Origin: Candidatus Shapirobacteria bacterium UBA1420
GTDB lineage: Bacteria > Patescibacteriota > Microgenomatia > UBA12405
Direction of reading: 5' to 3'
NCBI GenBank assembly: GCA_002304845.1
Contig: DBPM01000017.1
Span: 1,198-29,141, forward strand
Length of the DNA stretch: 27,944 bases
A model generated the notes under the pieces. It was not told the DNA's origin. It saw only the letters and a program-made list of their open reading frames with translations, and searched no databases. How positions within the stretch are numbered: position 1 is the stretch's first letter; every line of letters begins with the position of its first letter. This document shows positions 1 to 9,156 of the stretch, one piece after another. A program made the position numbers and the translations under genes.

Positions 1-2
1 AT

Positions 3-80
3 TTTGTGGCCCGATTGGATATCAATGAATGGCAAGGTCACTCCTTTCCCCAGCTTATTATTCAAACTATTTTGAAGTAA
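3..80 (+). CDS. 3' end of a gene truncated by the window edge, probably the RecJ ssDNA exonuclease C-terminus
   Basis: Frame 3 reads FVARLDINEWQGHSFPQLIIQTILK* (TAA 78-80), resembling the RecJ C-terminal pattern L.INEW.G....QL.I. Only 25 aa are visible. Confidence 0.5.
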   Translation, partial: FVARLDINEWQGHSFPQLIIQTILK

Positions 81-88
81 AATAGGCT

Positions 89-1846
89 ATGGCTAGAATT
101 TTAATTTCAGAAACTTCTCAACATATTAATCAAAAAGTATTAATTGCCGGTTGGGTTCACAATGTTCGTGACCATGGTCAACTTACCTTTTTAGATTTAC
201 GTGACAGTAGTGGTTTGCTTCAGATTGTTATTAATGATCAATCTTCAGCTGATCTTAAAGAGATTGTTAAAAAAATTGGCAAAGAGTGGGTGCTGGAAAT
301 TGAAGGTACGGTTTTAAAAAGAGATCCTCAAACCATTAACCAAGATTTAATCACCGGAGAGATTGAAGTTTCTCCTCAAACCATTAATATACTGTCCGAA
401 TCACTGACTCCCCCCTTTCCTCTAGACAGTGACGGCAGTGAACTTGATGAAGCATTACGTCTCAAATATCGATATCTCGATATTCGTCGTCCTCGACTGC
501 AAAACATTATTGAAAAGAAACATAAATTTATTTTGGCTATCAGAAACTGGCTTGATCAACAAGGTTTTACTGAAGTCATTACCCCTTTACTCACCTCTAC
601 CTCTCCCGAAGGCGCTCGTGACTTCTTGGTTCCTTCTCGAATTCATCAAGGCAAATTTTTTGTTTTACCTCAGGCTCCGCAACAATTCAAACAATTGTTA
701 ATGGTCGGCGGTATCAATAAATATTTTCAAATCGCTCCTTGTGCCCGTGATGAAGATCCCCGAGCTGATCGACATGCTGGTATCTTTTATCAGATCGATA
801 TCGAAATTGCTTTTCCCACGATTGAAGAGATTTTTACTACCGCCGAACAACTCATGAAAGACACCTATCAAACTGTCGCTCCCCAAAAACATATTCCTCA
901 TCTGCCCTTTCCCAGAATTTCCTATCAGGATGCTTTAAATAAATACGGTAGTGACAAACCGGATTTACGTTTTGCCTTGGAACTGGTTGATTTTACTCAG
1001 ATCTTAAAAAACCAAAGTGAATTCAATATTTTTAATCAATCAGCAGTTATCAAAGGTATTATCGTGCCTCAGGGCGCTGCCTTTAGTAAATCCCAAATTG
1101 AGGCATTGGAGGAGACTGCTAAAAGCAAAGGTGCCCAGGGTTTGGCCTATACTAGAGTTAAAAATAAATTGTTGGATAGTGGTATTGCTCGTTTTCTCTC
1201 AGAAACTTTACAAAAAAAACTTATTCAAGAAATGTCTCTCAAGGAAGGGGATTTACTTCTCTTTGTGGCTGACCAGCTTTCGGTGGCCAATAAAAGTTTA
1301 GGTCAAGTCCGTAACCTTTTGGGTGACATGCTCAAATTAAAAGATAAAAATGAACTCTATTTTTGTTGGGTTACCGGTTTTCCTTTTTATGAAATTAATG
1401 ACGAGGGTAAACTTGATTTTGGTCACAATCCTTTTTCCATGCCCAAAGGCGGTCGTCAAGCTCTTGATTCTCAAGATCCTCTTTCTATTGAATCTTATCA
1501 ATATGATTTAGTCTTGAATGGTTATGAATTGGCCTCAGGTTCCATTAGAAATCATGAACCGGAAACTTTGGTCAAAGCATTTGAAATTCTTGGTTATAGT
1601 CAGGATATGGTTATCAAAAAATTTGGGGCCATGTATACCGCTTTTCAATACGGCGCTCCTCCTCATGGAGGTTGGGCTATCGGTCTTGATCGCTTGTTAA
1701 TGCTTTTATTGGATGAGGACAATATTCGGGATGTTTACGCCTTTCCTTTAAGCAGTAACGGAGTTGATTTAATGATGGGTGCCCCCAGTGTGGTTGATAA
1801 GACTCAACTCGATGATGTTGGTCTCAGTCTTAAAAAATCATCATGA
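89..1846 (+). CDS. aspS: Aspartate-tRNA ligase (bacterial type with GAD insertion), possibly non-discriminating
   Basis: OB-fold RDHG..FLDLRD, LRLKYRYLDIRR, motif 2 region PQAPQQFKQLLM/ARDED.RADR, motif 3 GAPPHGGWAIGLDR. Confidence 0.97.
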   Translation: MARILISETSQHINQKVLIAGWVHNVRDHGQLTFLDLRDSSGLLQIVINDQSSADLKEIVKKIGKEWVLEIEGTVLKRDPQTINQDLITGEIEVSPQTINILSESLTPPFPLDSDGSELDEALRLKYRYLDIRRPRLQNIIEKKHKFILAIRNWLDQQGFTEVITPLLTSTSPEGARDFLVPSRIHQGKFFVLPQAPQQFKQLLMVGGINKYFQIAPCARDEDPRADRHAGIFYQIDIEIAFPTIEEIFTTAEQLMKDTYQTVAPQKHIPHLPFPRISYQDALNKYGSDKPDLRFALELVDFTQILKNQSEFNIFNQSAVIKGIIVPQGAAFSKSQIEALEETAKSKGAQGLAYTRVKNKLLDSGIARFLSETLQKKLIQEMSLKEGDLLLFVADQLSVANKSLGQVRNLLGDMLKLKDKNELYFCWVTGFPFYEINDEGKLDFGHNPFSMPKGGRQALDSQDPLSIESYQYDLVLNGYELASGSIRNHEPETLVKAFEILGYSQDMVIKKFGAMYTAFQYGAPPHGGWAIGLDRLLMLLLDEDNIRDVYAFPLSSNGVDLMMGAPSVVDKTQLDDVGLSLKKSS

Positions 1847-2742
1847 TTCTCAAAATCTTTAAAAATCCTCATTTTTATTTAGGCTTATTTTTGGCGGTTA
1901 TTATTCTGCTTTTACTCTGGCCTTCCGGTTATAAATTTTCCCCTAAATCCATTGCTTTTAATTTCGAGCATCCTCCCCAACCGGTTGTTCTCAAAGCTCC
2001 TCGTCCTCAACTAAGTACCAATACTTATATTTTAGTTGATGTGGCCACCAACAAAATTCTCATTGCTGCCAATGAACATCAGCGTATTTATCCAGCTTCT
2101 ACCACTAAATTAGCTACCGCTTTAACTGCTCTTAACACTTACCCTTTGGATGAGATTGTCACTGTGACTCAATCTTATCAAGAAGGTAAAATTATGAACC
2201 TTCATCCCGGTGACAAAGTTACTGTCAAAACTCTTATTTCTGGACTCTTAATTCATTCTGCCAATGATGCTGCTTTTACTCTGGCTTCTCATTATTCTCA
2301 AGGCTATCAAGCTTTTGTTAATTATATGAATGAACTCACTAAAAAATACGGTCTTAAAAACACTCATTTTACCAATCCTGATGGTATTCATGATTCTTCT
2401 CATTATTCAACAGTCTACGATTTAGCACAATTAGGTCGTTTGGCGGCTCAAAATGATACTATTAGGCAAATTGTCAAAACCACAAAAATCACCCTTACCG
2501 ACACTACCCGTAGTGTTAGTTACCCAATAACTACCACCAATGAGCTCTTAGGGGTTATTCCAGAGGTGGAAGGTTTTAAAACCGGTTGGACTCCTGAAGG
2601 TGGTTCCAGTTTTATCGGTCTTTTAAATCTCGATGGTCATTATCTGATTTCGGTCATTGCTCAAAGTCAGGATAGGTTTGCTGATACAAAACTACTCTTA
2701 GATTGGGCTAAAAACAATCTTACTTGGCGTAACTATCGCTGA
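1843..2742 (+). CDS. D-alanyl-D-alanine carboxypeptidase (peptidase S11, low-MW PBP) with N-terminal membrane anchor
   Basis: SxxK (PASTTK), SxN (HSAND), KTG (FKTGWT), and HFTNPDG motif. ATGA overlap with aspS. Confidence 0.92.
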   Translation: MILKIFKNPHFYLGLFLAVIILLLLWPSGYKFSPKSIAFNFEHPPQPVVLKAPRPQLSTNTYILVDVATNKILIAANEHQRIYPASTTKLATALTALNTYPLDEIVTVTQSYQEGKIMNLHPGDKVTVKTLISGLLIHSANDAAFTLASHYSQGYQAFVNYMNELTKKYGLKNTHFTNPDGIHDSSHYSTVYDLAQLGRLAAQNDTIRQIVKTTKITLTDTTRSVSYPITTTNELLGVIPEVEGFKTGWTPEGGSSFIGLLNLDGHYLISVIAQSQDRFADTKLLLDWAKNNLTWRNYR

Positions 2743-3772
2743 CCGCTGATACATAACCGACAAAATTGTTTTTATTGTCCCCTTCAAAAACATACACTGG
2801 CTGCAAAAATTGCGTCAACGTTACCGGTTCAAAATAAGCCAAGTAAACTTTTCTGATAACTATATCTTGACCATTACCGTCACTGGCTGGCCAATAATTA
2901 CCGGCTTTTAGCTCTTCAAAGGCCTGTTGTACAGTTTTTATCGGATAAGTTGAGGCCGAATTTTCGGCAGTATCTATTTCCACATGTTTATAATTTACTT
3001 CCACAATTTTTTTACTGTTGACAGTTGATCCAGACACCAGAACTGATACCGGTGACTCTTGAGGGTTAGTACTAACAATAGTGATTCCATCAGCCAGTTT
3101 TTCTCTGAAAAAATCTACTCTCACTATATTGGCTTCTGATAACCCTTCAACTCTTTGTAAGCCATTGTAATTAATTTTCCAAAAACTGACTTCTTGAGTC
3201 CCGTTTTCCAAATCGGGACTTAATTTCTCAGCTTTTTGCAAAAAAGCTTTAGCCTGACTGATCGCTTCTTCACGGCTGGGCATTTTTTCCGGATTTTGTA
3301 AAAGTTGATCGGTTAAATAAGGGTAACTCATCTTAAAACTGCTCTCCAAAACATTCATTTCCAAGCTCCGACTTTGAGTATTATCAGTAAATCGATACAC
3401 CCCAGTCGAAATTTGCTGTGCTTCATTAGTAAAATCCATTAGAGCCGCGGTTCTTTTACCAAATTCCAAGGCCATTACCGGACTTTTAGGTCTATAAATT
3501 ACGTAAACATTAGCTTGATCTTTAAATACCGGAAACTCGTCATTGGGTAATTCAGCTACAAAATTCTTTTTCTGGAACTCTTTTTGAGGGAAGACAATTT
3601 TATCTAATACTCCAAAACGGACTGTGGGGGCCATATAAGGAGGGTGAGCTTTTTGGTAGGCCTTAATGGCCGCCCCAATCCCTACCCATAACAGTAAAAA
3701 TACTCCCATTCCTAAACTTCCGAACTTAATTATTTTTCTACTGGCATATGCCACTTCAGTCAAAGACGACAT
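2720..3772 (-). CDS. Membrane-anchored extracytoplasmic hypothetical protein; C-terminus weakly YycH/YycI-like
   Basis: 350-aa ORF with one N-terminal hydrophobic helix. C-terminal IRKVYLAYFEP...FLQPVYVFEG...GYVSAV pattern. TAGAAT box 5 nt before the ATG. Confidence 0.75.
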   Translation of the reverse strand: MSSLTEVAYASRKIIKFGSLGMGVFLLLWVGIGAAIKAYQKAHPPYMAPTVRFGVLDKIVFPQKEFQKKNFVAELPNDEFPVFKDQANVYVIYRPKSPVMALEFGKRTAALMDFTNEAQQISTGVYRFTDNTQSRSLEMNVLESSFKMSYPYLTDQLLQNPEKMPSREEAISQAKAFLQKAEKLSPDLENGTQEVSFWKINYNGLQRVEGLSEANIVRVDFFREKLADGITIVSTNPQESPVSVLVSGSTVNSKKIVEVNYKHVEIDTAENSASTYPIKTVQQAFEELKAGNYWPASDGNGQDIVIRKVYLAYFEPVTLTQFLQPVYVFEGDNKNNFVGYVSAVSDSYAK

Positions 3773-3810
3773 AAAACATTCTACCTTATTTTAGATGTTA
3801 AAATAATGCC
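3773..3810. promoter_or_regulatory. Back-to-back divergent -10 promoters
   Basis: Minus strand: TAGAAT (3778-3783) 5 nt before ATG 3772. Plus strand: TG-T-TAAAAT (3796-3804) 6 nt before ATG 3811. Confidence 0.6.
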
Positions 3811-5235
3811 ATGTCATCCTTGCCTGCACGTACTCGAATTGCGCCTTCACCTACTGGTGAATACCATATTGGTCATATGCGCACCTGTTTATATAATTAT
3901 GCTCTGGCTCGTCAAAGTGGTGGTCAATTTATTATTCGTATTGAAGATACCGATCAAAAACGTTTAGTTGTTGGTGCCCAAGATCGAATTTTAAAAGTCA
4001 TTAAAAATTACGGTTTATCTTGGGATGAAGGTCCAGACATTGGTGGTCCCTATGCTCCCTACGTTCAAACTCAACGACTTGATATCTACCAAAAATATAT
4101 TAAAAAACTTCTTGATCAAGGTCTGGCTTATTATTGTTTTTGTAGTCAAGAGCGTCTTGATCATATCCGTGATCAACAGAAAAAATTAAAACAAATTCCT
4201 AAATATGATCGTCATTGTTTAAAATTAACTCCTCAAGAAATCAAACAAAAAATTGATAGCGGTCAACCCTATGTTATTCGAATGAAAATGCCCGACAATG
4301 AGACCATTCGTTTTACTGATTCCATTCGTGGTCAAATTTCTTTTAACACCCGAGATTTGGATGACCAAGTTCTAATTAAATCTAATGGTATTCCTACCTA
4401 TCATTTTGCTGCCGTGGTTGATGATATCTTGATGAAAGTCACCCACGTTTTGCGTGGTGAAGAATGGATTTCCTCAACTCCTAAACAGATTCTTCTATAC
4501 AAATATTTAGACGCTCCTTTACCACAATTTGTCCACTTGACCGTTATTTTGGATCCACGTGGTGGCAAAATGAGTAAACGGAGTGGTTCCGTCGCTGCCC
4601 AAGCCTTTTTAGATGAGGGTTATTTGCCGGAAGCTATGCTAAATTTTCTTATGCTTCTCGGTTGGAATCCCGGTACCGACCAAGAATTATTTACCTTGGA
4701 TGAATTTGTGAAGGAATTTTCTATTGATCATCTTCACAAAAAATCACCGGTCTTTGATCGTAAAAAATTAGATTACTTTAACGGTCTTTACATTCGTCAA
4801 AAAAGTGACAAAGAACTTTTTCCTTACTTTCAAAAATTTTTACCCCATGCCAGTGACGAACAAATTAAAATTTTAATTCCGGTTTTAAAAGAACGTTTAG
4901 TTAAATTTGGTGATCTGCCCCAAACTCTCAATTTTTTATTTAATGACGTAGATTATGATTCGGAACTACTTCTCAAAAAGGGGACTAGGCCTGAAATCGC
5001 TATCGATATGCTCGAAAAAACTAAAACATTATTTACTGACAATTTCTCCGATTTACAGGCTAGATTAATGAATTTAATTCAAGCAAACAATTGGAATGTC
5101 GGTGAATATTTTATGGTTCTCCGAGTGGCTATTTGTGGCTCTGCTTTTACCCCGCCCATTGTCGACATTCTCCCCGCCCTCGGCTTCGACAAAACCCTCC
5201 ACAAACTGGACATCGCCCTTGACAAATTAAAGTAA
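3811..5235 (+). CDS. gltX: Glutamate-tRNA ligase
   Basis: RTRIAPSPTG..HIGH, RIEDTD, PTYHFAAVVDD, HVLRGEEW, KMSKR. Confidence 0.97.
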   Translation: MSSLPARTRIAPSPTGEYHIGHMRTCLYNYALARQSGGQFIIRIEDTDQKRLVVGAQDRILKVIKNYGLSWDEGPDIGGPYAPYVQTQRLDIYQKYIKKLLDQGLAYYCFCSQERLDHIRDQQKKLKQIPKYDRHCLKLTPQEIKQKIDSGQPYVIRMKMPDNETIRFTDSIRGQISFNTRDLDDQVLIKSNGIPTYHFAAVVDDILMKVTHVLRGEEWISSTPKQILLYKYLDAPLPQFVHLTVILDPRGGKMSKRSGSVAAQAFLDEGYLPEAMLNFLMLLGWNPGTDQELFTLDEFVKEFSIDHLHKKSPVFDRKKLDYFNGLYIRQKSDKELFPYFQKFLPHASDEQIKILIPVLKERLVKFGDLPQTLNFLFNDVDYDSELLLKKGTRPEIAIDMLEKTKTLFTDNFSDLQARLMNLIQANNWNVGEYFMVLRVAICGSAFTPPIVDILPALGFDKTLHKLDIALDKLK

Positions 5236-5254
5236 TTTTTATTACTTTAATTTA

Positions 5255-6592
5255 GTGAGTCTGATTATTTTTATACTTTGTTTATTTTTTCCCTCTAAAA
5301 TTTTAGCGGCCACTACGGTGTCTATTTTGAATTTTCCTGCCGAGGTTTTGGTCGGCGAAACTTTTCCCATTACCTTCAATGTTACTGCCTCTGACATTGG
5401 TACTACTTTTCACTATAAGGCCGTGTCCAACAATAGTGATATTTCCATTTTCCCTGCTTGTGCCAATCGCTATGATGACTGTCAAAATTTAATTATTGGT
5501 GAAAATTTTTTAGCTACAGCTTCTGCTTATCTTAAAATCAATCAAGCTCAACCCCAAAATTCTATTAAAATTCGTATCGCTAATCACTTTAAGCACCAGC
5601 AAAGCTTTGACAGTAATCCAGTAGACATTATTTCCTTAGCTCTACCCAGTATCTCACCTACACCTGAAATTTCCATAATTCCAACCCCAACTCTTTTTGA
5701 ATCCCAATATCCTTATATCACTGAAATTATGCCCAATCCTGAAGATGGCTCGGAATGGGTCGAATTTTATAACCCCCATGAGCAAAATATCCCCTTAAAA
5801 AATCTTTGTATTTTTGATTCATCTCAGAACAAGAAATGCCTGTCAGTCGATATCGATCTGGCTTCGCATCAATATTATCAATTTACCTTTTCAGGTTCTT
5901 TTCTCAATAATTCCGGTGATTCTGTTCATTTTAATCAAGAGACCATCAGTTACTCCAAAGCGCCTAAAAATCTCTCCTATTCATTCCAAAGTGATGGTAA
6001 CTGGTGTTTTGCCCCACCCAGTCCCGGTTTTGGGAATTTTAGTTGTCAAGATTTGTCTGTTGAGTCGTCAGAATTACATCCTGTAGATATTATTTTTATC
6101 CCCGATAAAATCAGAGCCGGGGAGGATTTTAATATTACTTTAAGTCTCAGGTCTGCCGATCTTTATTCTATTCGTCTGGTGCATCCTTTTTCTTCTCCTT
6201 ATTTTGCTTTTAATAATTATCAAAATGATTTTGCTACCGTTAATTTATCTTTATCAGCTTCTCAAAAACTACCCGAGGGTAAATACCCCCTTCTTTTTCA
6301 TCTTAAAAAAGCTGGTTCTAACAAAATTTATGATTATCAGCAGGGGACTTTAGAAGTTTTACCTTTTATTAAAAAAGCTAAAAGTAAAAAAACTACTACC
6401 ACCAAAACTAAATCAGCTCCACTGTGCCCTATCTCCACTCCCGCGGTTTTAGGTACACAGTCGGCTATTGCCAGACAAGCTGTCTTTACTCCCAGTTCAC
6501 CGGATTTCAACACCTTCTCCTGGCTGTTTTTAGCCACAGGTAGTATCCTATTTCTATCACCGATTCTATTTCCAAAACTCTACTCCGATTAA
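5255..6592 (+). CDS. Secreted, C-terminally anchored lamin-tail-domain (LTD) surface protein
   Basis: Signal peptide from a GTG start, LTD signature ITEIMPNPEDGSEWVEFYNP, Pro/Thr linker, Lys/Thr-rich stalk and C-terminal hydrophobic helix. Confidence 0.75.
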   Translation: MSLIIFILCLFFPSKILAATTVSILNFPAEVLVGETFPITFNVTASDIGTTFHYKAVSNNSDISIFPACANRYDDCQNLIIGENFLATASAYLKINQAQPQNSIKIRIANHFKHQQSFDSNPVDIISLALPSISPTPEISIIPTPTLFESQYPYITEIMPNPEDGSEWVEFYNPHEQNIPLKNLCIFDSSQNKKCLSVDIDLASHQYYQFTFSGSFLNNSGDSVHFNQETISYSKAPKNLSYSFQSDGNWCFAPPSPGFGNFSCQDLSVESSELHPVDIIFIPDKIRAGEDFNITLSLRSADLYSIRLVHPFSSPYFAFNNYQNDFATVNLSLSASQKLPEGKYPLLFHLKKAGSNKIYDYQQGTLEVLPFIKKAKSKKTTTTKTKSAPLCPISTPAVLGTQSAIARQAVFTPSSPDFNTFSWLFLATGSILFLSPILFPKLYSD

Positions 6593-6609
6593 TTCCTGCC
6601 CTCATTTGG

Positions 6610-6921
6610 ATGGGAATCATTTTTTATTTCTCCGGTCTGCCTACTACTGGTATCACTCCCCAAATTCTGCCTCGTTTTCTTTTCTTTAAACTATTGCATT
6701 TAGGGGAATATATTATTTTAGCTTTCCTGCTTTTTTATGCCTTTTTCGATCTCAAGCTTAGTTTTATTTGGGCCTATCTTTTTGCTCTCAGTGATGAGTT
6801 TCATCAAAGCTTTATTCCCGGACGTACCGGTAAATTTACCGACACTCTCTTTGATTTAAGCGGTATTTTATTAGGACTTTTATTGGCCACCTTCTTCATT
6901 CGTCAATCACCCAAACGCTAA
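6610..6921 (+). CDS. VanZ-family membrane protein (true start may lie upstream of 6610)
   Basis: WMGIIFYFS, KLLHLGEY, SDEFHQSFIPGR...DTLFD are VanZ signatures. Confidence 0.85.
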   Translation: MGIIFYFSGLPTTGITPQILPRFLFFKLLHLGEYIILAFLLFYAFFDLKLSFIWAYLFALSDEFHQSFIPGRTGKFTDTLFDLSGILLGLLLATFFIRQSPKR

Positions 6922-6994
6922 TTTGCCTCTTGCATCTTTTAAAATATTAGTATTATTATTTACTTTATATTTGTTATTTTTATTTCTAATTAAA

Positions 6995-7549
6995 ATGAAA
7001 AAAATTTTTATACTCCTATCAGTCTTAGTAGTTATCGTCTTTGCTACCAAATCAGCCAGAGCTTTATTTAGTTCTCAAGCTAAAACCGCTTCCTTGACCT
7101 TTACTACCGGCAACGCCGATTTACAAATCAGTGCCGATTCTCAAAATTGGAGTAATACTCTCGCTGTTGCCTCTAATCATAACAATATGAGTTCAGGTTA
7201 CAGTAGTAGCCAAGATTTTTATTTAAAAAACAACAGTCTTTCTCCGATTTCTTTGAAAATCAGTGTCCGTTTGGAAGATTTTTCTCCCACTGAAAATGCC
7301 CCTGCTTGGCCCATTATTGGTGATAAAATTCACATTACTTTTCAAAAATTAATTGGTACTCAATGGACCGATGTCGCTACTGCCAATCTAAAAGATTGGC
7401 GTGACTCTACTCAGGACATTGACACTTTGTCTCAAAATACTGCTTCTCAGTATCGTTTTCAGGTCACTCTCGACGATGTTGATAATACTCATGCCGGACA
7501 GTCTTTATCCAATCTCTCCTTTAAATTTACCGGTCTCCAGTCTCCGTGA
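6995..7549 (+). CDS. TasA/CalY (camelysin, M73)-like secreted subunit, 184 aa
   Basis: Start moved to ATG 6995 (MKKIFILL signal peptide). Mature N-terminus ALFSSQAKTASLTFTTGNADLQI resembles the SipW-cognate A.F.D.....N.F.AG..DL pattern. Internal N...GY.....FYLKN and C-terminal N.HAGQSL....FKFTGLQ. Confidence 0.65.
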   Translation: MKKIFILLSVLVVIVFATKSARALFSSQAKTASLTFTTGNADLQISADSQNWSNTLAVASNHNNMSSGYSSSQDFYLKNNSLSPISLKISVRLEDFSPTENAPAWPIIGDKIHITFQKLIGTQWTDVATANLKDWRDSTQDIDTLSQNTASQYRFQVTLDDVDNTHAGQSLSNLSFKFTGLQSP

Positions 7550-9156
7550 AAATCATTCTTACTTTAGTCAGTTTTTTACTGTTGTATTTTAAGGTTTCGT
7601 TGCCTGTTTTAGCTACTTTCAACTCCACCGCCACCTATCACAGTCTCAGTTTTTCCATCGCCGAACAAAATCCACCTCAGTCTGAGATTGAAGAGTTACC
7701 CTTTCAGGTCACTAATCAAAATTCTGTCCCTATTACCGTTAAAGCTCTCGATGATAGTGGTGTTCAAAAAATTTTTTTATATTACTCTTTTAATTTCGGA
7801 CCCTGGATTCTTTTTGATGAAGCCCAATCCGGTCAATATCAGTTTAATTTTTCAGCACCTCAAGGTGATGGTTTATATTCTTTTCGTTCTTTAGCTGTGG
7901 ATATTTACAATCATCTCGAAGATAAAGAAGAAGATTTTTTCAGCTCCCAACTTAAATTTGACACTACAGCTCCTACTAGCAATCTAATTATTTTTCCTGC
8001 TACTCACAGCTCCCTCTCTGCAACCCTGGATAATAACAACCCTTTGTTTGTTCAAGATATTTTTATACCCCAATCAGTCTCGGCTCATCTAGATTTTGCC
8101 TTTCGTTTTCGCAGCCAAGACATTGCTGAATATAATTTTTTTGATGTTTATTTAACCGATTCTTCCGGTGAAAATATTTTAGAAAAAATTCTCACTTATG
8201 GTAATTTGGACAGTAGTAATTTAGATCATGATTCTGGTTGGCTTCATCTGAGCCGTAATCTTAGTCATCTGGCGGGAAAGTTTTTTAAACTTATTTTTAG
8301 GCTCACCGATTTAAATCATGACTCTGATACCACCTCTGTTTTAGAAATAGCTGATCTCCAAACTCACTTACTCGACTCTCGATTGCCACTCAATCCAGAT
8401 CTAAACCTTTTGGTTACTGATCTTGGTTCGGAAATTATTGATTACCCAACCTTGTCTCCTCTGGAAGTTGGTGAAAATATAGTTTCCGTTTCCGCCACCG
8501 ATTCCGCCGGCAACTCTGAGTTACCACAACATTATCCCATTGTTGTTTTACCTGATTTAGTTATTAACAGAGTCGATAAATATGCTTTTACTCTCTTTAA
8601 TAATTCTCTGACCCAGGTTTTAGATTTATCAAATTTAACCTATTCTCTCAATAATTCATCGCCACTAACTATAGACAGTAGCCAATTATCACCTCTCCAA
8701 AGCCTGACTGTGTTTTTTCCCAGTACGCAAACCACTGCCAATTTAAAGCTCTTTCAAGATGATAATTTAGTTACTTCTTTTCAGGCTGACGATTTGGATA
8801 ATTTTTATTGGCAAAGACAATTTTCCGGTTTAGGTCCCTGGTTAAAAATTGCTTCTTTACCAACTGTCAATTTAGAGTCTAGATTGAGTGTCTCCAAGAT
8901 TACTTTGACCATTTCCGGATTGGCTACCACTCTCGCCGACATGAGTTATACCATTGATTATCAAGATGCTGCCGGCGATCAACAGATTTTTGGGCAAATT
9001 TTACCCGAGCAAATTGATGAACAAGGTTTTGTTTCCCGAGATTTTTTCCTAGGCACTTGCAGCAGTGGCGGTACCTGTGTTCCTGCCTCTGGCTTGTCTA
9101 AAAAATTTATGGTTACCTTTAGTAATCTCGCTCCCCAGGAGTTTAATTTTGAATGA
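7546..9156 (+). CDS. Large secreted beta-rich protein: TasA-like N-terminal strand, Ig-like repeats, degenerate LTD-like segment, C-terminal GTCSSGGTC domain
   Basis: 536-aa ORF, GTGA-coupled to the previous gene. Signal peptide then ATFNSTATYHSLSFSIA. Ig-like hallmarks (DTTAPTS, VSATDSAGNSE). No C-terminal TM helix. Confidence 0.7.
   Translation: MKIILTLVSFLLLYFKVSLPVLATFNSTATYHSLSFSIAEQNPPQSEIEELPFQVTNQNSVPITVKALDDSGVQKIFLYYSFNFGPWILFDEAQSGQYQFNFSAPQGDGLYSFRSLAVDIYNHLEDKEEDFFSSQLKFDTTAPTSNLIIFPATHSSLSATLDNNNPLFVQDIFIPQSVSAHLDFAFRFRSQDIAEYNFFDVYLTDSSGENILEKILTYGNLDSSNLDHDSGWLHLSRNLSHLAGKFFKLIFRLTDLNHDSDTTSVLEIADLQTHLLDSRLPLNPDLNLLVTDLGSEIIDYPTLSPLEVGENIVSVSATDSAGNSELPQHYPIVVLPDLVINRVDKYAFTLFNNSLTQVLDLSNLTYSLNNSSPLTIDSSQLSPLQSLTVFFPSTQTTANLKLFQDDNLVTSFQADDLDNFYWQRQFSGLGPWLKIASLPTVNLESRLSVSKITLTISGLATTLADMSYTIDYQDAAGDQQIFGQILPEQIDEQGFVSRDFFLGTCSSGGTCVPASGLSKKFMVTFSNLAPQEFNFE

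Noticed and set aside
6923-6994. N-terminal extension of the TasA-like ORF (likewise 10121-10222, 13183-13197, 18824-18877, 26221-26268)
   Set aside because: The extensions run through AT-rich intergenic DNA or neighbouring genes. Downstream ATGs give proper signal peptides, coupling or -10 spacing.
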